The notes: generated by a model from the letters alone, not told the origin. A stretch of 64,000 nucleotides of DNA from an uncultured Bdellovibrionales bacterium (GCA_964384235.1 CAYLJX010000003.1:8389-72388), one strand, 5' to 3'. Positions 26,579 through 36,200 are shown, counted from the first letter of the stretch. Translations and numbers: made by a program.

Positions 26579-27942
26579 TTTTTCTCAAGACTTTCACTGA
26601 GAAGCGCCTGTATGAGTCCTTCGTGCCGGTCCTGCGGTATCCCTGTCTTCTCCTGTAGAAATTTCATCACTGTCTCCTTGATTCGCGGGACAAGATCACT
26701 CAACCATACCTCGTCACGCGCTTTTTTCGACACGCCCTCACCGTAAAGTCCGTGCTTGAAATCCTTTTGGATTCCCTGTACATATTTTATGAGCGTAGTT
26801 TTTTTCCGATCACCATTTGGTTCCTGGGAAAAATATTCTCCCAATGAATTTTCTTGTGAAGGCGTTTCCTTCTTTTTTTGGAGTTGAAATACGTCCAAAT
26901 CCTCCACAAGTGCTTTCAGTCGCTCTGACACCTTCTTCTTATCAAGAGGACTCCCCATCTTCGCAAGGATTTTGCTCTCTTGCGCCTGGTCGTTCATCTG
27001 CTTCAAGAGATCCAACAAACGATTCCGGTCATCCTCCTGCAGACTGGTCATCTCATGAAGCTTTTCCTGGTTCTTCCCGATGAGTGTTTCCGCTCGACCG
27101 ATCATCTCCTCTATTTCCCGATCCAACTGTTTCTCGGAACCTTCCGATTGCAAAGGAGCGTTTCCTGGTCCTTTCTCATTCGGAACACTCTTCTTCCGGA
27201 AATCATCAAGTTGCACCACATCGGCAGATCGCACCTTCACCTTTGTCTCTTCTCGCTGTGAAGTTGAGACACCGAAGGGTGAGGGTATCGTCTCATTATT
27301 CTTTTTCTTTTCCGGTTCTGCCACCGCTTCCGCAGTCTCCTCTGCGGGTGCTACCGGTACGGACTGAGGGGATTCTACCAGTTCTGTCGCTACAGTCTCC
27401 GTTACTGGAGGTTGTATAGGTTCTGCCACGGCTGCAGGCTCTTCCACCGAGGAAGACGTAGGAATCTCAATTGGCTCTACATCCTGTACTGTTTCTTTTT
27501 GAACAGGATTCTTTTTGGAAATCTCTACGAGAACTCGATCTATATCTTCCTGATTCGGAGATCCTATCGCCCCTGACCGACGGCTTTCCAGGTTGAAACC
27601 TTCGTTTCTCAAAAAATCCTTGAGTTCATCGATTCCTTCGAAAATATGATCGCCCGTCCTGTCCTTGCGAGTACTCTCGGTCCGATAACGAACCCGTATA
27701 TCTCCTTCCCGAAGCGATTCGATACGGATCACATGATGAGGATTCTTCCATTTGTCTTTCTGACCAAGACTCTCCAAGTCTTTCTCCCGTTTGGCGACCG
27801 TCTCGGGAGACTCCGGGGACGCCGAACCACCGGCGGATGTTTCCTCGCCAGCCTTCGCTTCCAATTTATGAAAAAAATCGAACACAGCCGTGTGCGTTTC
27901 CGTTTTCTTTGCTATAATCTTATCATAAGAAACAAAAAACAA
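26575..27942 (-). CDS. hypothetical protein with Pro/Glu/Val-rich linker (455 aa)
   Basis: Overlaps the upstream 850-aa gene by 4 nt (translationally coupled). It has a low-complexity PxxP/E-rich centre. Confidence 0.55.
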   Translation of the reverse strand: MFFVSYDKIIAKKTETHTAVFDFFHKLEAKAGEETSAGGSASPESPETVAKREKDLESLGQKDKWKNPHHVIRIESLREGDIRVRYRTESTRKDRTGDHIFEGIDELKDFLRNEGFNLESRRSGAIGSPNQEDIDRVLVEISKKNPVQKETVQDVEPIEIPTSSSVEEPAAVAEPIQPPVTETVATELVESPQSVPVAPAEETAEAVAEPEKKKNNETIPSPFGVSTSQREETKVKVRSADVVQLDDFRKKSVPNEKGPGNAPLQSEGSEKQLDREIEEMIGRAETLIGKNQEKLHEMTSLQEDDRNRLLDLLKQMNDQAQESKILAKMGSPLDKKKVSERLKALVEDLDVFQLQKKKETPSQENSLGEYFSQEPNGDRKKTTLIKYVQGIQKDFKHGLYGEGVSKKARDEVWLSDLVPRIKETVMKFLQEKTGIPQDRHEGLIQALLSESLEKK

Positions 27943-27982
27943 ACAAATCGTCGCGGGTCAAAATCAGCCCGCGAGCACGAGT

Positions 27983-29599
27983 ATGTTCGAACAAAAAAAG
28001 TATTCCTTGCTTTCCGGACTGCTTCTCGTCGCCATCCTGCTCCTCGCCCTCTTTCTCCGGAGCTACCACATCGAAAGCATCCCTGCCGGACTCTATCCCG
28101 ACGAGGCGACCAATGCCACCGACGCCCTCCATGCCATCGAGACCGGCGACTACCGGCTCTTCTACCCCAACAACTACGGTCGTGAAGGACTCTTCATCAA
28201 TCTCCAGGCCTTTGCGCTCCAGCTTTTCGGATACAGCGTCGCGGCGCTGAAGTTCTGGTCGGTGATTTTCGGCACCCTCACCGTCCTCGGCGTGTATCTT
28301 CTCGGCAAAGAACTCTTCCGCCGCCGGGCCGCCGGTCTCGCTGCCGCCTTCATGACAGCCACCGCCTTCTGGACCATCAACTTTTCACGCATCGGCTTCC
28401 GGGCCATCATGATGCCGTTCCTTATTTCGTTCACGTTCTTCTTTTTCTTCCGCGGACTGCGGACCAGGCGGTACCTCGACTTCGTCTGGAGCGGACTCTT
28501 CCTCGGTCTCGGACTCCATACCTATGTCGCGTTCCGGCTCACGCCGCTCATCTTCGTCGTTCTTCTGCCGGCCCTGTTTCTCTCGTATGAGAAGTTCCTC
28601 AAGCGCTATTGGAAACACGCTCTCGCCTTTTCTTTCGCTGCTTTCGTCGCGGCCGCACCGATGTTCTACCATTTCTTCGTCACCAACCCGGAGGACTTCG
28701 CTTCCCGTTCCGCCGCCGTTTCCATCTTTTCCCCCGAAATCAATCACGGCGACTTCTTCGGGACGCTCGGCAAGACCTTCAGTCTCTCGCTCATCAAGTA
28801 CAACTTTCTCGGTGACCAGAACTGGCGTCACAACTATCCGCCCTATCCGATCCTCGACCCGCTGGTCGGCACGTTCTTCCTCGCCGGTTTCCTCTTCGTC
28901 ATCTGGCAGATCGTCCATCAGGTTATCATCCGTTTCCGCGATCGCAACCGCGAGATCGACCTAGTACGGAACACGTTCCTTCTCGGTTCGTTCTTCGTGA
29001 TGCTCATGCCGGAATTCCTCACCGAGGAAGGATTGCCCCATGCCCTGCGCGCCATCGGCACCCAGGTACCCGTCTTTCTCATCGCCTCATTGCCAATCCT
29101 CTGGATTCTCCGACAGATCCATCGCTCACAGGCCGGATCCCGCCTGATACTCACTTCCCTCCTGGTCCTCTTCCTCGCGGGGAGCGCTCTCATCAATATC
29201 ACCAAGTACTTCGTGTTCTTCGCACAGAGTCCCGAACAGCACGGCGCCTTCGATGAGCGCTACACCAACATGTCCCGCTACCTCCTCTCCCTGCCCGCCG
29301 AGACCCGCAAGTATGTCCTGACCAACGCCGGCGGCACCCATATCGACAACGGCCTCCCCGTCACCGCCCAGCCGATCGCCTTCCTCACCTATGGGAAGAT
29401 CGAGAATCTCGACTACCTGCAGCCGGATACCCGCATCGACCGCAGCTATGAGAATATCATCGTCTTCCAACGAGACGACGACCGGGTCGTCGAGAACCTC
29501 AAAAAGCGCGTTCCCGATGTGAAGATCGAAAAGATCGATCCGCGTCCGGAATTCGGCGGAGGTTTCACCGTCGCCATCCTCCCGGCCTTGCAGAAATGA
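27983..29599 (+). CDS. GT-C family glycosyltransferase (ArnT/PMT-like, polyprenyl-phosphate-sugar dependent)
   Basis: 538 aa polytopic membrane protein. Its N-terminus LYPDEATNATDALHAIETGDY... with DE in the first periplasmic loop is typical of the GT39/GT83 (PMT_2) family. Confidence 0.7.
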   Translation: MFEQKKYSLLSGLLLVAILLLALFLRSYHIESIPAGLYPDEATNATDALHAIETGDYRLFYPNNYGREGLFINLQAFALQLFGYSVAALKFWSVIFGTLTVLGVYLLGKELFRRRAAGLAAAFMTATAFWTINFSRIGFRAIMMPFLISFTFFFFFRGLRTRRYLDFVWSGLFLGLGLHTYVAFRLTPLIFVVLLPALFLSYEKFLKRYWKHALAFSFAAFVAAAPMFYHFFVTNPEDFASRSAAVSIFSPEINHGDFFGTLGKTFSLSLIKYNFLGDQNWRHNYPPYPILDPLVGTFFLAGFLFVIWQIVHQVIIRFRDRNREIDLVRNTFLLGSFFVMLMPEFLTEEGLPHALRAIGTQVPVFLIASLPILWILRQIHRSQAGSRLILTSLLVLFLAGSALINITKYFVFFAQSPEQHGAFDERYTNMSRYLLSLPAETRKYVLTNAGGTHIDNGLPVTAQPIAFLTYGKIENLDYLQPDTRIDRSYENIIVFQRDDDRVVENLKKRVPDVKIEKIDPRPEFGGGFTVAILPALQK

Positions 29600-29642
29600 T
29601 TTTCAAAAAATACCCTCCAAATGGTAACAACATAAAACGTTT

Positions 29643-31577
29643 ATGGAACTTCTCAAAAAACACGCTGGTCGGATCGTCCTCCTCATCCTCGTCCTCTTCT
29701 TTGCCGTCTCACTCGTCGTCTCCCGACAGGAATCCACCACCATGGACGAGAAGGCCCATATCCCCGCCGGGTACAGCTACGTCCGCTATGGTGACATGCG
29801 TATCAATCCCGAACATCCGCCCATGCTCAAGGATTTCGCCGGGCTGCCGCTTCTCCTCCTCGATCCGCAGCCGGTGATGCCGCAAAGCGACCCCCTCTGG
29901 GAGAGCGGTGACTGGTTGGACAAGACGAAGTTCCCCGAGGGACCGGCCCGTACCTGGGGACTCGCCCAATGGAACTTCGGTGACACAATCCTTCATCAAA
30001 ATGGGAACGACGCCGACGCGATCACCTTCTGGTCACGCTTCCCGATCGTACTGGTCGCCATGCTTCTCGGTTTCTTCGTCTATCGCTGGACCAAGGAACT
30101 CGGTGGGACGCTCGCGGGACTCTTCGCCCTCGTCCTCTATGCCTTCGATCCCAACATCATCGCCCACAGTCACTACGTGACGACCGACATCGGCATCGCC
30201 GCCTTCATCTTCATGTCGATGTACTACTTCGTCCGCTTCCTCAAGGACCCGAGCGGAAAGAACGTCATCCTCTCCGGTCTCTTCCTCGGTCTCGCGGAAC
30301 TCGCCAAGTTCTCCGCCGTCCTTCTCTTTCCCATCTTCGGACTGTTCACGGTCGCCTACGCCCTCACCTTCCAGGTGAACGGGACCTCCGTATGGAAAGC
30401 CAAGTTCCTGAAGCTCTGGGAATACCTCTGGAAATATGCCGCCTCCGTGGCGGTCGCCTTTGTCGCCATCTGGATCCTCTACTTCGTGAACACCATCAAT
30501 ATGCCGGGCGAGGTCATCGCGGAGATCGCCCGCGCCCAGTTCCCCAATGACCGTAGCCTAGGACGACTGGCGGAAACAGCCGTCATCGCGATGAGCAACG
30601 TCCCCGTCCTCAAGCCGCTTGCCGAATACTTCCTCGGCGTCTTCATGGTCTTCGCACGCGTCGCCGGCGGCAACACCTTCTACTTCCTCGGCACCGTCTC
30701 CAACCACGCCGATCCCTGGTACTTCCCGGTCGTCTTCTTCCTCAAGGAAACCCTGCCGTTCCTCTTCCTGCTTCTTTTCACCACTCTCTACACCCTCTAT
30801 CGCATCGGCCGCTCCGTCGCGATGGAAGAGACGAAAAACATCCGATCGCTCTGGAACCTCTTCGCCCGATCCTTCCAGCACCGCATCGCGCAGTACCTGG
30901 CCGCGTTCTTCATCCTCTTCTATGCGTACGTGAGCATCACCGGCAACCTCAACATCGGCTTCCGTCATCTCTTCCCCATCCTGCCGTTCCTCTACATGCT
31001 CGTGGGGAAGACTGCCTTCGACTTCCTCAAGCGCCACCAGGAGGAGATCGCGACGCACGGGCTCATCCGCTTCGCGCTCGGTGCCGTCGTCCTCGTCATC
31101 ATCGCCATCCCGGTCCTCTCCTACCCGAGCTACCTCTCCTATTTCAACCCCATCGGCGGCGGCCACGAGAACGGATACAAATATGTCACCGACTCCAACT
31201 ACGACTGGGGTCAGGACCTCAAGCGCTTGCGGAATTTCGTGGATCAGTACAATGGTTGTCAGGATAGTACGACCACATCCATCGACTGTACGAAGATCCC
31301 ATTCGTACCAGGAAGCAGCGAGATCGACAAGATCCATGTCGACTATTTCGGCGGATCGAATCCGCAGTACTATCTCGGCGACAAGTATGTCCCGACACAC
31401 GGCGAAGCCGCCCCGGGAACCGGCTGGTACGCCGTCTCCATCGGCTTCCTCCAGGAGAGCACCCACAAGGAACTCAAACCCGGCGACATGAGCTACCGCT
31501 GGCTCGTCGACAATCATGAGCCCGTCGCCCGCGCCGGCGATTCCATCTTCATCTACTACGTCCCGGAAGAAGAGTAG
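29643..31577 (+). CDS. GT-C family glycosyltransferase (ArnT/PMT-like), paralogue of the preceding gene
   Basis: 644 aa. Same architecture (TM1, a MDEKAHIPAGYSY loop, and more than 10 TM helices) plus a larger C-terminal periplasmic domain. Confidence 0.7.
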   Translation: MELLKKHAGRIVLLILVLFFAVSLVVSRQESTTMDEKAHIPAGYSYVRYGDMRINPEHPPMLKDFAGLPLLLLDPQPVMPQSDPLWESGDWLDKTKFPEGPARTWGLAQWNFGDTILHQNGNDADAITFWSRFPIVLVAMLLGFFVYRWTKELGGTLAGLFALVLYAFDPNIIAHSHYVTTDIGIAAFIFMSMYYFVRFLKDPSGKNVILSGLFLGLAELAKFSAVLLFPIFGLFTVAYALTFQVNGTSVWKAKFLKLWEYLWKYAASVAVAFVAIWILYFVNTINMPGEVIAEIARAQFPNDRSLGRLAETAVIAMSNVPVLKPLAEYFLGVFMVFARVAGGNTFYFLGTVSNHADPWYFPVVFFLKETLPFLFLLLFTTLYTLYRIGRSVAMEETKNIRSLWNLFARSFQHRIAQYLAAFFILFYAYVSITGNLNIGFRHLFPILPFLYMLVGKTAFDFLKRHQEEIATHGLIRFALGAVVLVIIAIPVLSYPSYLSYFNPIGGGHENGYKYVTDSNYDWGQDLKRLRNFVDQYNGCQDSTTTSIDCTKIPFVPGSSEIDKIHVDYFGGSNPQYYLGDKYVPTHGEAAPGTGWYAVSIGFLQESTHKELKPGDMSYRWLVDNHEPVARAGDSIFIYYVPEEE

Positions 31578-32004
31578 CTTTCTTTCACTCTCTCCAGTCA
31601 AAGTCTCCCTTTTCGGAGTCGCTCGCCCGTCCGGCGCGCAACCTCACTCCTGAAGCTCCTTCGCTCTCCTCCTTGCCAGTCGGAACCATGCCCCCGCCTA
31701 GCCGGCGAGGCTGGCGCTTTCGGATCTTCAAGACTCCGAAAAGGAATCTTTGCCTTCCGTTCGAATAAAAGACTCGGAGCTTCCCTGTTTCTTCTCTTAT
31801 CCCTTCCTTCCCGAACAGCAACTCTTTTCGAGACTTTTACAAATTTTTTGCTTCAGTTTTTTTTCCTACCCTAAAGAAAAAATTTGTACTAAGCGAACGA
31901 AACGACTACGGAGAAACATACATTACCACAGATGATGTTGGAGTGAGTGAGCGGGTCGAGAAAGGAGGTTGCTGGAGGAAAGGAAGAAGGAGAGGGAAAG
32001 AAAA

Positions 32005-32973
32005 TCATTTCTTTTTCTTCTTCTCTTCCTTCTTCAAAGATTCCTCTTTCTTTTCGTCCGAGTTTTCCTCCTTCTTCTCCTCTCCCTTCATCACGTAGTA
32101 GATCCGGTTTTCGGCACGGAGGTCAACATACGAGAGAGACTTCCGCTTCTCATCTGACGATATTTCCTTATCTAAAAGAAGCTTGAGCGCTTTAAGCGAG
32201 CTCTCCATCGGGATACTCGTGGAAAAATATACTTCCCACCCTTCCGCCGTCCTGACCCGGAGTTCCTCCGCGAACCGCGATGGGGTGGAAAACTCCGTCA
32301 TGATTTCCATACCGATCGATTCCTTGAACACCTCCGGAAGGGCAAGCACGAAGGATACGAAATGTGAATCGATCACATCCTGGCCGAAACCGACCGGTTT
32401 TGCACTCATGTCGGTCACCGTCCGCACCGCGATCGCCTCACCGTCCATGAGCATCCGCGAGCTGTCCGAAGCGCGACCGTTCTCATCGAGGAGATAGCAC
32501 GGGCCGCTGCTGCACCACAAGAGCACCTCGTTTCGCCTCACCACCTCCACCGTCATCCTGTCAGGAAAGACTTTCTCGACATCCGCTTCCCGAAGAAGAG
32601 GATACTCATCATGAAGCGATGCCTCCAAAGCGTCGGTCCGTATGACAAAAAAGTTGTTGCGAGGAAGCAGACCGAAATACTTCCCGGAAATTCTCCCTTC
32701 AAGAAAACCGCTCACTTTGTCCCGAATCGGCGCCTCACTTCCGATCACGGAAACCTGCACCACGGAAAGGTACGGGGAAAAAAACGCGACGTAGACGACC
32801 GTCATGAAGAGAAGTCCCCAGAGGAACACCACGCCGCTCACACCGGGTTTCTCTTTCTCCTTTTCCTGGACGACTGCCAACCGCTCCTTCCGGGACGATT
32901 TACGAAAAGAAAACAATCCTTTTGAGGATTTTTTTTCCTTTTCCCTATGGGATTTGTGATGGAGAAATCGCAT
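32005..32973 (-). CDS. cell-division protein FtsQ/DivIB-like (POTRA domain)
   Basis: Basic cytoplasmic tail, one TM helix (VVFLWGLLFMTVVYVAFF), then POTRA-like VVQVSVIGSEAPIRDKV...NNFFVIRTDALEASL...VEKVFPDRMTVEVVRRNEVLLW. A Lys/Glu-rich C-terminal tail follows. Confidence 0.5.
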   Translation of the reverse strand: MRFLHHKSHREKEKKSSKGLFSFRKSSRKERLAVVQEKEKEKPGVSGVVFLWGLLFMTVVYVAFFSPYLSVVQVSVIGSEAPIRDKVSGFLEGRISGKYFGLLPRNNFFVIRTDALEASLHDEYPLLREADVEKVFPDRMTVEVVRRNEVLLWCSSGPCYLLDENGRASDSSRMLMDGEAIAVRTVTDMSAKPVGFGQDVIDSHFVSFVLALPEVFKESIGMEIMTEFSTPSRFAEELRVRTAEGWEVYFSTSIPMESSLKALKLLLDKEISSDEKRKSLSYVDLRAENRIYYVMKGEEKKEENSDEKKEESLKKEEKKKKK

Positions 32974-32976
32974 ACA

Positions 32977-33879
32977 TCAGAGCGAAAGAAACAATCTCTC
33001 CAGAAGGAGCCGCGAATTGCTCTGCGTCGTCTTGAGAAGCGTCATAGCGTCCGCCGTCATTTCCAGAAAACCGAAAAAACGTTCCGTGGTCTTTTTCTCT
33101 TTCGCTTTCTTGGCCTGGGCATGAAGACCAGGAAGCCACCACTCGAGGAGACGGATCGTCTGCGGTACATTCTGCGAAAGCGTTTCCGCGAGTCTCAGAC
33201 GTTCAGGAAGAGAGAGCGAGGAAATCCGAAAGAGCGAAGCGAGTTTTTCCCGTTCATCGGAAAACAAGACCGGTTCACGGAGAGCCTGGACAATCATGCC
33301 AGGCCGGCCGAGGGAATAGAAGAACGCCGCGACTTCTTCCTGTCGACCCGGAAACAGAGCTTCCATACCGGCAGCCAGTTCTCCCTCGGGAACAAAAGAA
33401 AGCCGCACCTGCTGGACACGAGAAAGAATCGTCGGCACGAGACTTGCTGCCTCATGCGTCACGAGGACGAGTATCGCCGTGGAAGACGGTTCCTCCAGGG
33501 TCTTGAGAAGGGCGTTTTGCGCCGAGAGGGACAGCTTGTGCGCCTCTTCGATGATGACCACTCGGTACCGGCCCTTCGAGGGAAACCGTCCGAGAAAAGA
33601 GATAGCCTCGCGCACGTCCTCAGTCTTGATACTCTTTTCTTTGGTCACACCCTTCTTGGTCTCGACCTGCGGCCGCAGGACCATAACCTCCATCGGTTCC
33701 GGTCGTTCCTCAGTCGGAATAAACTCCGGCTCACCGACAAGCATGGAAGCGAACTCGCACGCCACGAGACTCTTCCCCGTGCCGCGCGGCCCGGAAAACA
33801 GATACGCCTGCGGTATCTGTTCCGCTTCCGCCAGTCTTCGCAGAAAGTCACGTTGTTTCCGATGACCGATGATGTACAT
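32977..33879 (-). CDS. holB: DNA polymerase III delta-prime subunit
   Basis: Contains AYLFSGPRGTGKSLVACEFA, VVIIEEAHKLSLSAQNALLKTLEEP and SRVQQVRL (the sensor-2 arginine). The start was moved to MYIIGHRKQ, since the ORF track starts 17 codons upstream. Confidence 0.75.
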   Translation of the reverse strand: MYIIGHRKQRDFLRRLAEAEQIPQAYLFSGPRGTGKSLVACEFASMLVGEPEFIPTEERPEPMEVMVLRPQVETKKGVTKEKSIKTEDVREAISFLGRFPSKGRYRVVIIEEAHKLSLSAQNALLKTLEEPSSTAILVLVTHEAASLVPTILSRVQQVRLSFVPEGELAAGMEALFPGRQEEVAAFFYSLGRPGMIVQALREPVLFSDEREKLASLFRISSLSLPERLRLAETLSQNVPQTIRLLEWWLPGLHAQAKKAKEKKTTERFFGFLEMTADAMTLLKTTQSNSRLLLERLFLSL

Positions 33880-33933
33880 AGGGAAATCAGGAATAAGGAA
33901 TGATGAATGATGAGGCGAGCAAGAGTGCAAAAA

Positions 33934-35088
33934 TCATAATTCCTTATTCGTCATTCCATATTCATCGACAAGTTTCCGTATTTCTTCTTGGAAATGCCGT
34001 TTTGAAAAACGTTCTACAGAAGAACGCATACGCGTTTCGTCGTATTTCCCCTCTTTCTCCAGAAACCGACGCACGCCTTCGGCGATGATTTCCGGCGTCG
34101 CCGCGTGAAAGAGCTCGCCGGTGATACCCGGTTCCACGATTTCGCGGATGCCACCATACTCGTACCCGATGACCGGTGTCCCGAAGGAGAGCGCCTCCAC
34201 CGCCACCATGCCGAAATCCTCCTCGGACGGGAAGATGACAGCCCGCGTTTCACGGTAGTATTTCGCAAGTGCTTCATCCGACGCGAACCCGAAAAAGGAA
34301 ACGTTGTCTGCCGCGATACTCTTCAGTCGCTTCTCTTCCTTTCCCGTTCCCACGATGACGAGCGGGAACCCCAGCTTGTTGAACGCTTCGATCACCGCTT
34401 CGACCTTCTTGGCTCTGGTAAGACGCGACACGACCAGAAAGTGACGGCGTTTCACGTCGTCACCCTGAACTTGTTTCAGGGTCTTTGTGGCCTGCTCGGA
34501 CAACCCAAGCGCTGGCGGGTACACCACCACGCTTTCCCTCCGATAGTACTTGCGCACGCGCTCTTCGGTGAATTTGGAATTGGCAATGAGGAAGTCCGGG
34601 CGCTCCGCCGCTTCTCGGTCCCAGAGTCGCAGATACGAGAGAAGGAGCCGCGTGAAAATCCTTCGCTTCCCTCGCGGCTGCAAGTCGTCGAGATACTCGG
34701 CGTGCGTATCCCAGGCGTAGCGCATGGGCGAATGGAGATACGCGATATGGGTCGTGTTGAGCCGCGTCACGATCCCCTTGCTCCAGGCGCCAGAAGACGA
34801 GATGACGAGATCGAAGTCGCGCAGATCGAACGTCTCCACCGCCACCGGAAAGAACGGCAAAAGCCACCGATACCGCTTCCGGAGGAATTTCGGAAACTTC
34901 TGAAGAAACGATGGACGGATATCCCGATTTTTGAAGTGTCCTTCGACAAGCTCAGGGTTGGCAAGCAACGTATAGATCGGCGCCTCGGGAAACATCTCCG
35001 CAAACGCCTCAAGCACCCGCTCCGCTCCACCATATGAAACGAGAAAATCATGAACAAGGGCGATTTTTTTGTTGTTCGGCTGGTTCAT
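33934..35088 (-). CDS. glycosyltransferase family 4 (GT-B, retaining)
   Basis: C-terminal EX7E-type motif region ...FPSEEDFGMVAVEALSFGTPVIGYEYGGIREIV... The start was taken at MNQPNNKKIALVHDF. Its ATG overlaps the stop of the next gene (ATGA). Confidence 0.75.
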   Translation of the reverse strand: MNQPNNKKIALVHDFLVSYGGAERVLEAFAEMFPEAPIYTLLANPELVEGHFKNRDIRPSFLQKFPKFLRKRYRWLLPFFPVAVETFDLRDFDLVISSSGAWSKGIVTRLNTTHIAYLHSPMRYAWDTHAEYLDDLQPRGKRRIFTRLLLSYLRLWDREAAERPDFLIANSKFTEERVRKYYRRESVVVYPPALGLSEQATKTLKQVQGDDVKRRHFLVVSRLTRAKKVEAVIEAFNKLGFPLVIVGTGKEEKRLKSIAADNVSFFGFASDEALAKYYRETRAVIFPSEEDFGMVAVEALSFGTPVIGYEYGGIREIVEPGITGELFHAATPEIIAEGVRRFLEKEGKYDETRMRSSVERFSKRHFQEEIRKLVDEYGMTNKEL

Positions 35089-36200
35089 TTTTCTTTTCTT
35101 AACAACCCAATAATGCCTCGAGAACATCTTTCCCAGGAAAATTTTTCGACATTCTTCTTTCCTTTTTCTATTATACCACCCCGAAAAACTTCATCTGAAA
35201 GGACTTTTTGTACCGCGTCGGCTATCGCTTCGGCACTCGAAGGATCGCAATACGCCGCCCCCTCGCCTGCCACTTCCGGAAGCGATGAAGTATCTGACGT
35301 CACCACCGGCACCCCTACCGCCTGCGCCTCCAGGACCGGGATCCCGAATCCTTCATACAGCGTCGGAAACAGAAATACGTCGGCATTTTTCAACAACTCC
35401 CATTTCTCTTCCTCGATCACATATCCTCGTTCAACGATGTCGTCCGCGACTTTTGCCTTTTGCCTTTTGCCTTTTGCCTTTTCATACCCATACCCCGGTT
35501 TTCCCACAAGCACGAGCTTATGCGGTATCTTGTATTTCTCTTTCAAAATCCCAAACGCCTCGATTATTCGTACGACGTTCTTTCTTTCTTCCAATCTCCC
35601 AATGAATAAAAGGTATTCTGTATTATGTATCTTGTATTTTGTATCCGATACTTGATACTTAATACCTGATACTTGATACCGATTCTCATATCCTTCATAC
35701 ACCACCTTCACCCTCTCCTCCGGCACGCCATACAATTTCACCACGTCGCGCTTGGTATTCTCCGACACGGCGATAACCGTTTCCGACACGCGCACCGAAA
35801 AGCGGATGGAATAGCGCATATAGATCCGCTCCCACCAAGAGTACGCCTTCGGACAGAATTCGTATTCGAGCCCGTGCACCGTCACGATGGTCTTCTTAGG
35901 GTGAATGAGCGGCACCGTGTGCGCCGGCACGAAAAGCACGTCCGGCGGATGAAAAAACATCTCCAGGGACAGCCGGATCTGTGTCCAGAACCTCGGCGCC
36001 CAGAGCTTCTTCACCCGCCAGTGCTTCGGAAGGTCAAAAGAAACCTCTTGATCGGAACGGATATACAAAACTACCCGATCATTGTTCGGTATGGCATCAC
36101 GCAGGTGCCTGATCACCTGGTAGCTGTATTCTTCTATTCCCGTCCGTCTCTTCAGAAACGCCCTCGATGCGTCGATACCGATTATCATAGTCAAGTTCAA
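35085..36200 (-). CDS. glycosyltransferase family 4 (GT-B) containing in-frame heptanucleotide repeat tracts
   Basis: ...FLFPTLYEGFGIPVLEAQAVGVPVVTSDTSSLPEVAG... GT4 signature. It contains (TTTTGCC)x4 at 35451-35478 and a nine-unit heptamer block at 35620-35682. Confidence 0.75.
   Translation of the reverse strand: MNLTMIIGIDASRAFLKRRTGIEEYSYQVIRHLRDAIPNNDRVVLYIRSDQEVSFDLPKHWRVKKLWAPRFWTQIRLSLEMFFHPPDVLFVPAHTVPLIHPKKTIVTVHGLEYEFCPKAYSWWERIYMRYSIRFSVRVSETVIAVSENTKRDVVKLYGVPEERVKVVYEGYENRYQVSGIKYQVSDTKYKIHNTEYLLFIGRLEERKNVVRIIEAFGILKEKYKIPHKLVLVGKPGYGYEKAKGKRQKAKVADDIVERGYVIEEEKWELLKNADVFLFPTLYEGFGIPVLEAQAVGVPVVTSDTSSLPEVAGEGAAYCDPSSAEAIADAVQKVLSDEVFRGGIIEKGKKNVEKFSWERCSRGIIGLLRKEK
35451..35482. 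repeat. (TTTTGCC)x4 + TTTT heptanucleotide tract inside the GT4 gene
   Basis: cgac ttttgcc ttttgcc ttttgcc ttttgcc ttttcat encodes EKAKGKRQKAKVAD on the minus strand. The unit length is not a multiple of 3. Confidence 0.8.
35620..35682. repeat. heptamer array TGTATnn x4 followed by the inverted array GATACnT x5, inside the GT4 coding sequence
   Basis: tgtatta tgtatct tgtattt tgtatcc gatactt gatactt aatacct gatactt gataccg. The 63 nt block is in-frame and encodes ...YENRYQVSGIKYQVSDTKYKIHNTEY... Confidence 0.75.

Noticed and set aside
31578-32004. 430-bp convergent intergenic region with ORFs 31585-31821(-) and 31947-32186(+)
   Set aside because: Both are low-complexity with no SD. The region may contain a degenerate MITE copy or an ncRNA but I could not define one.
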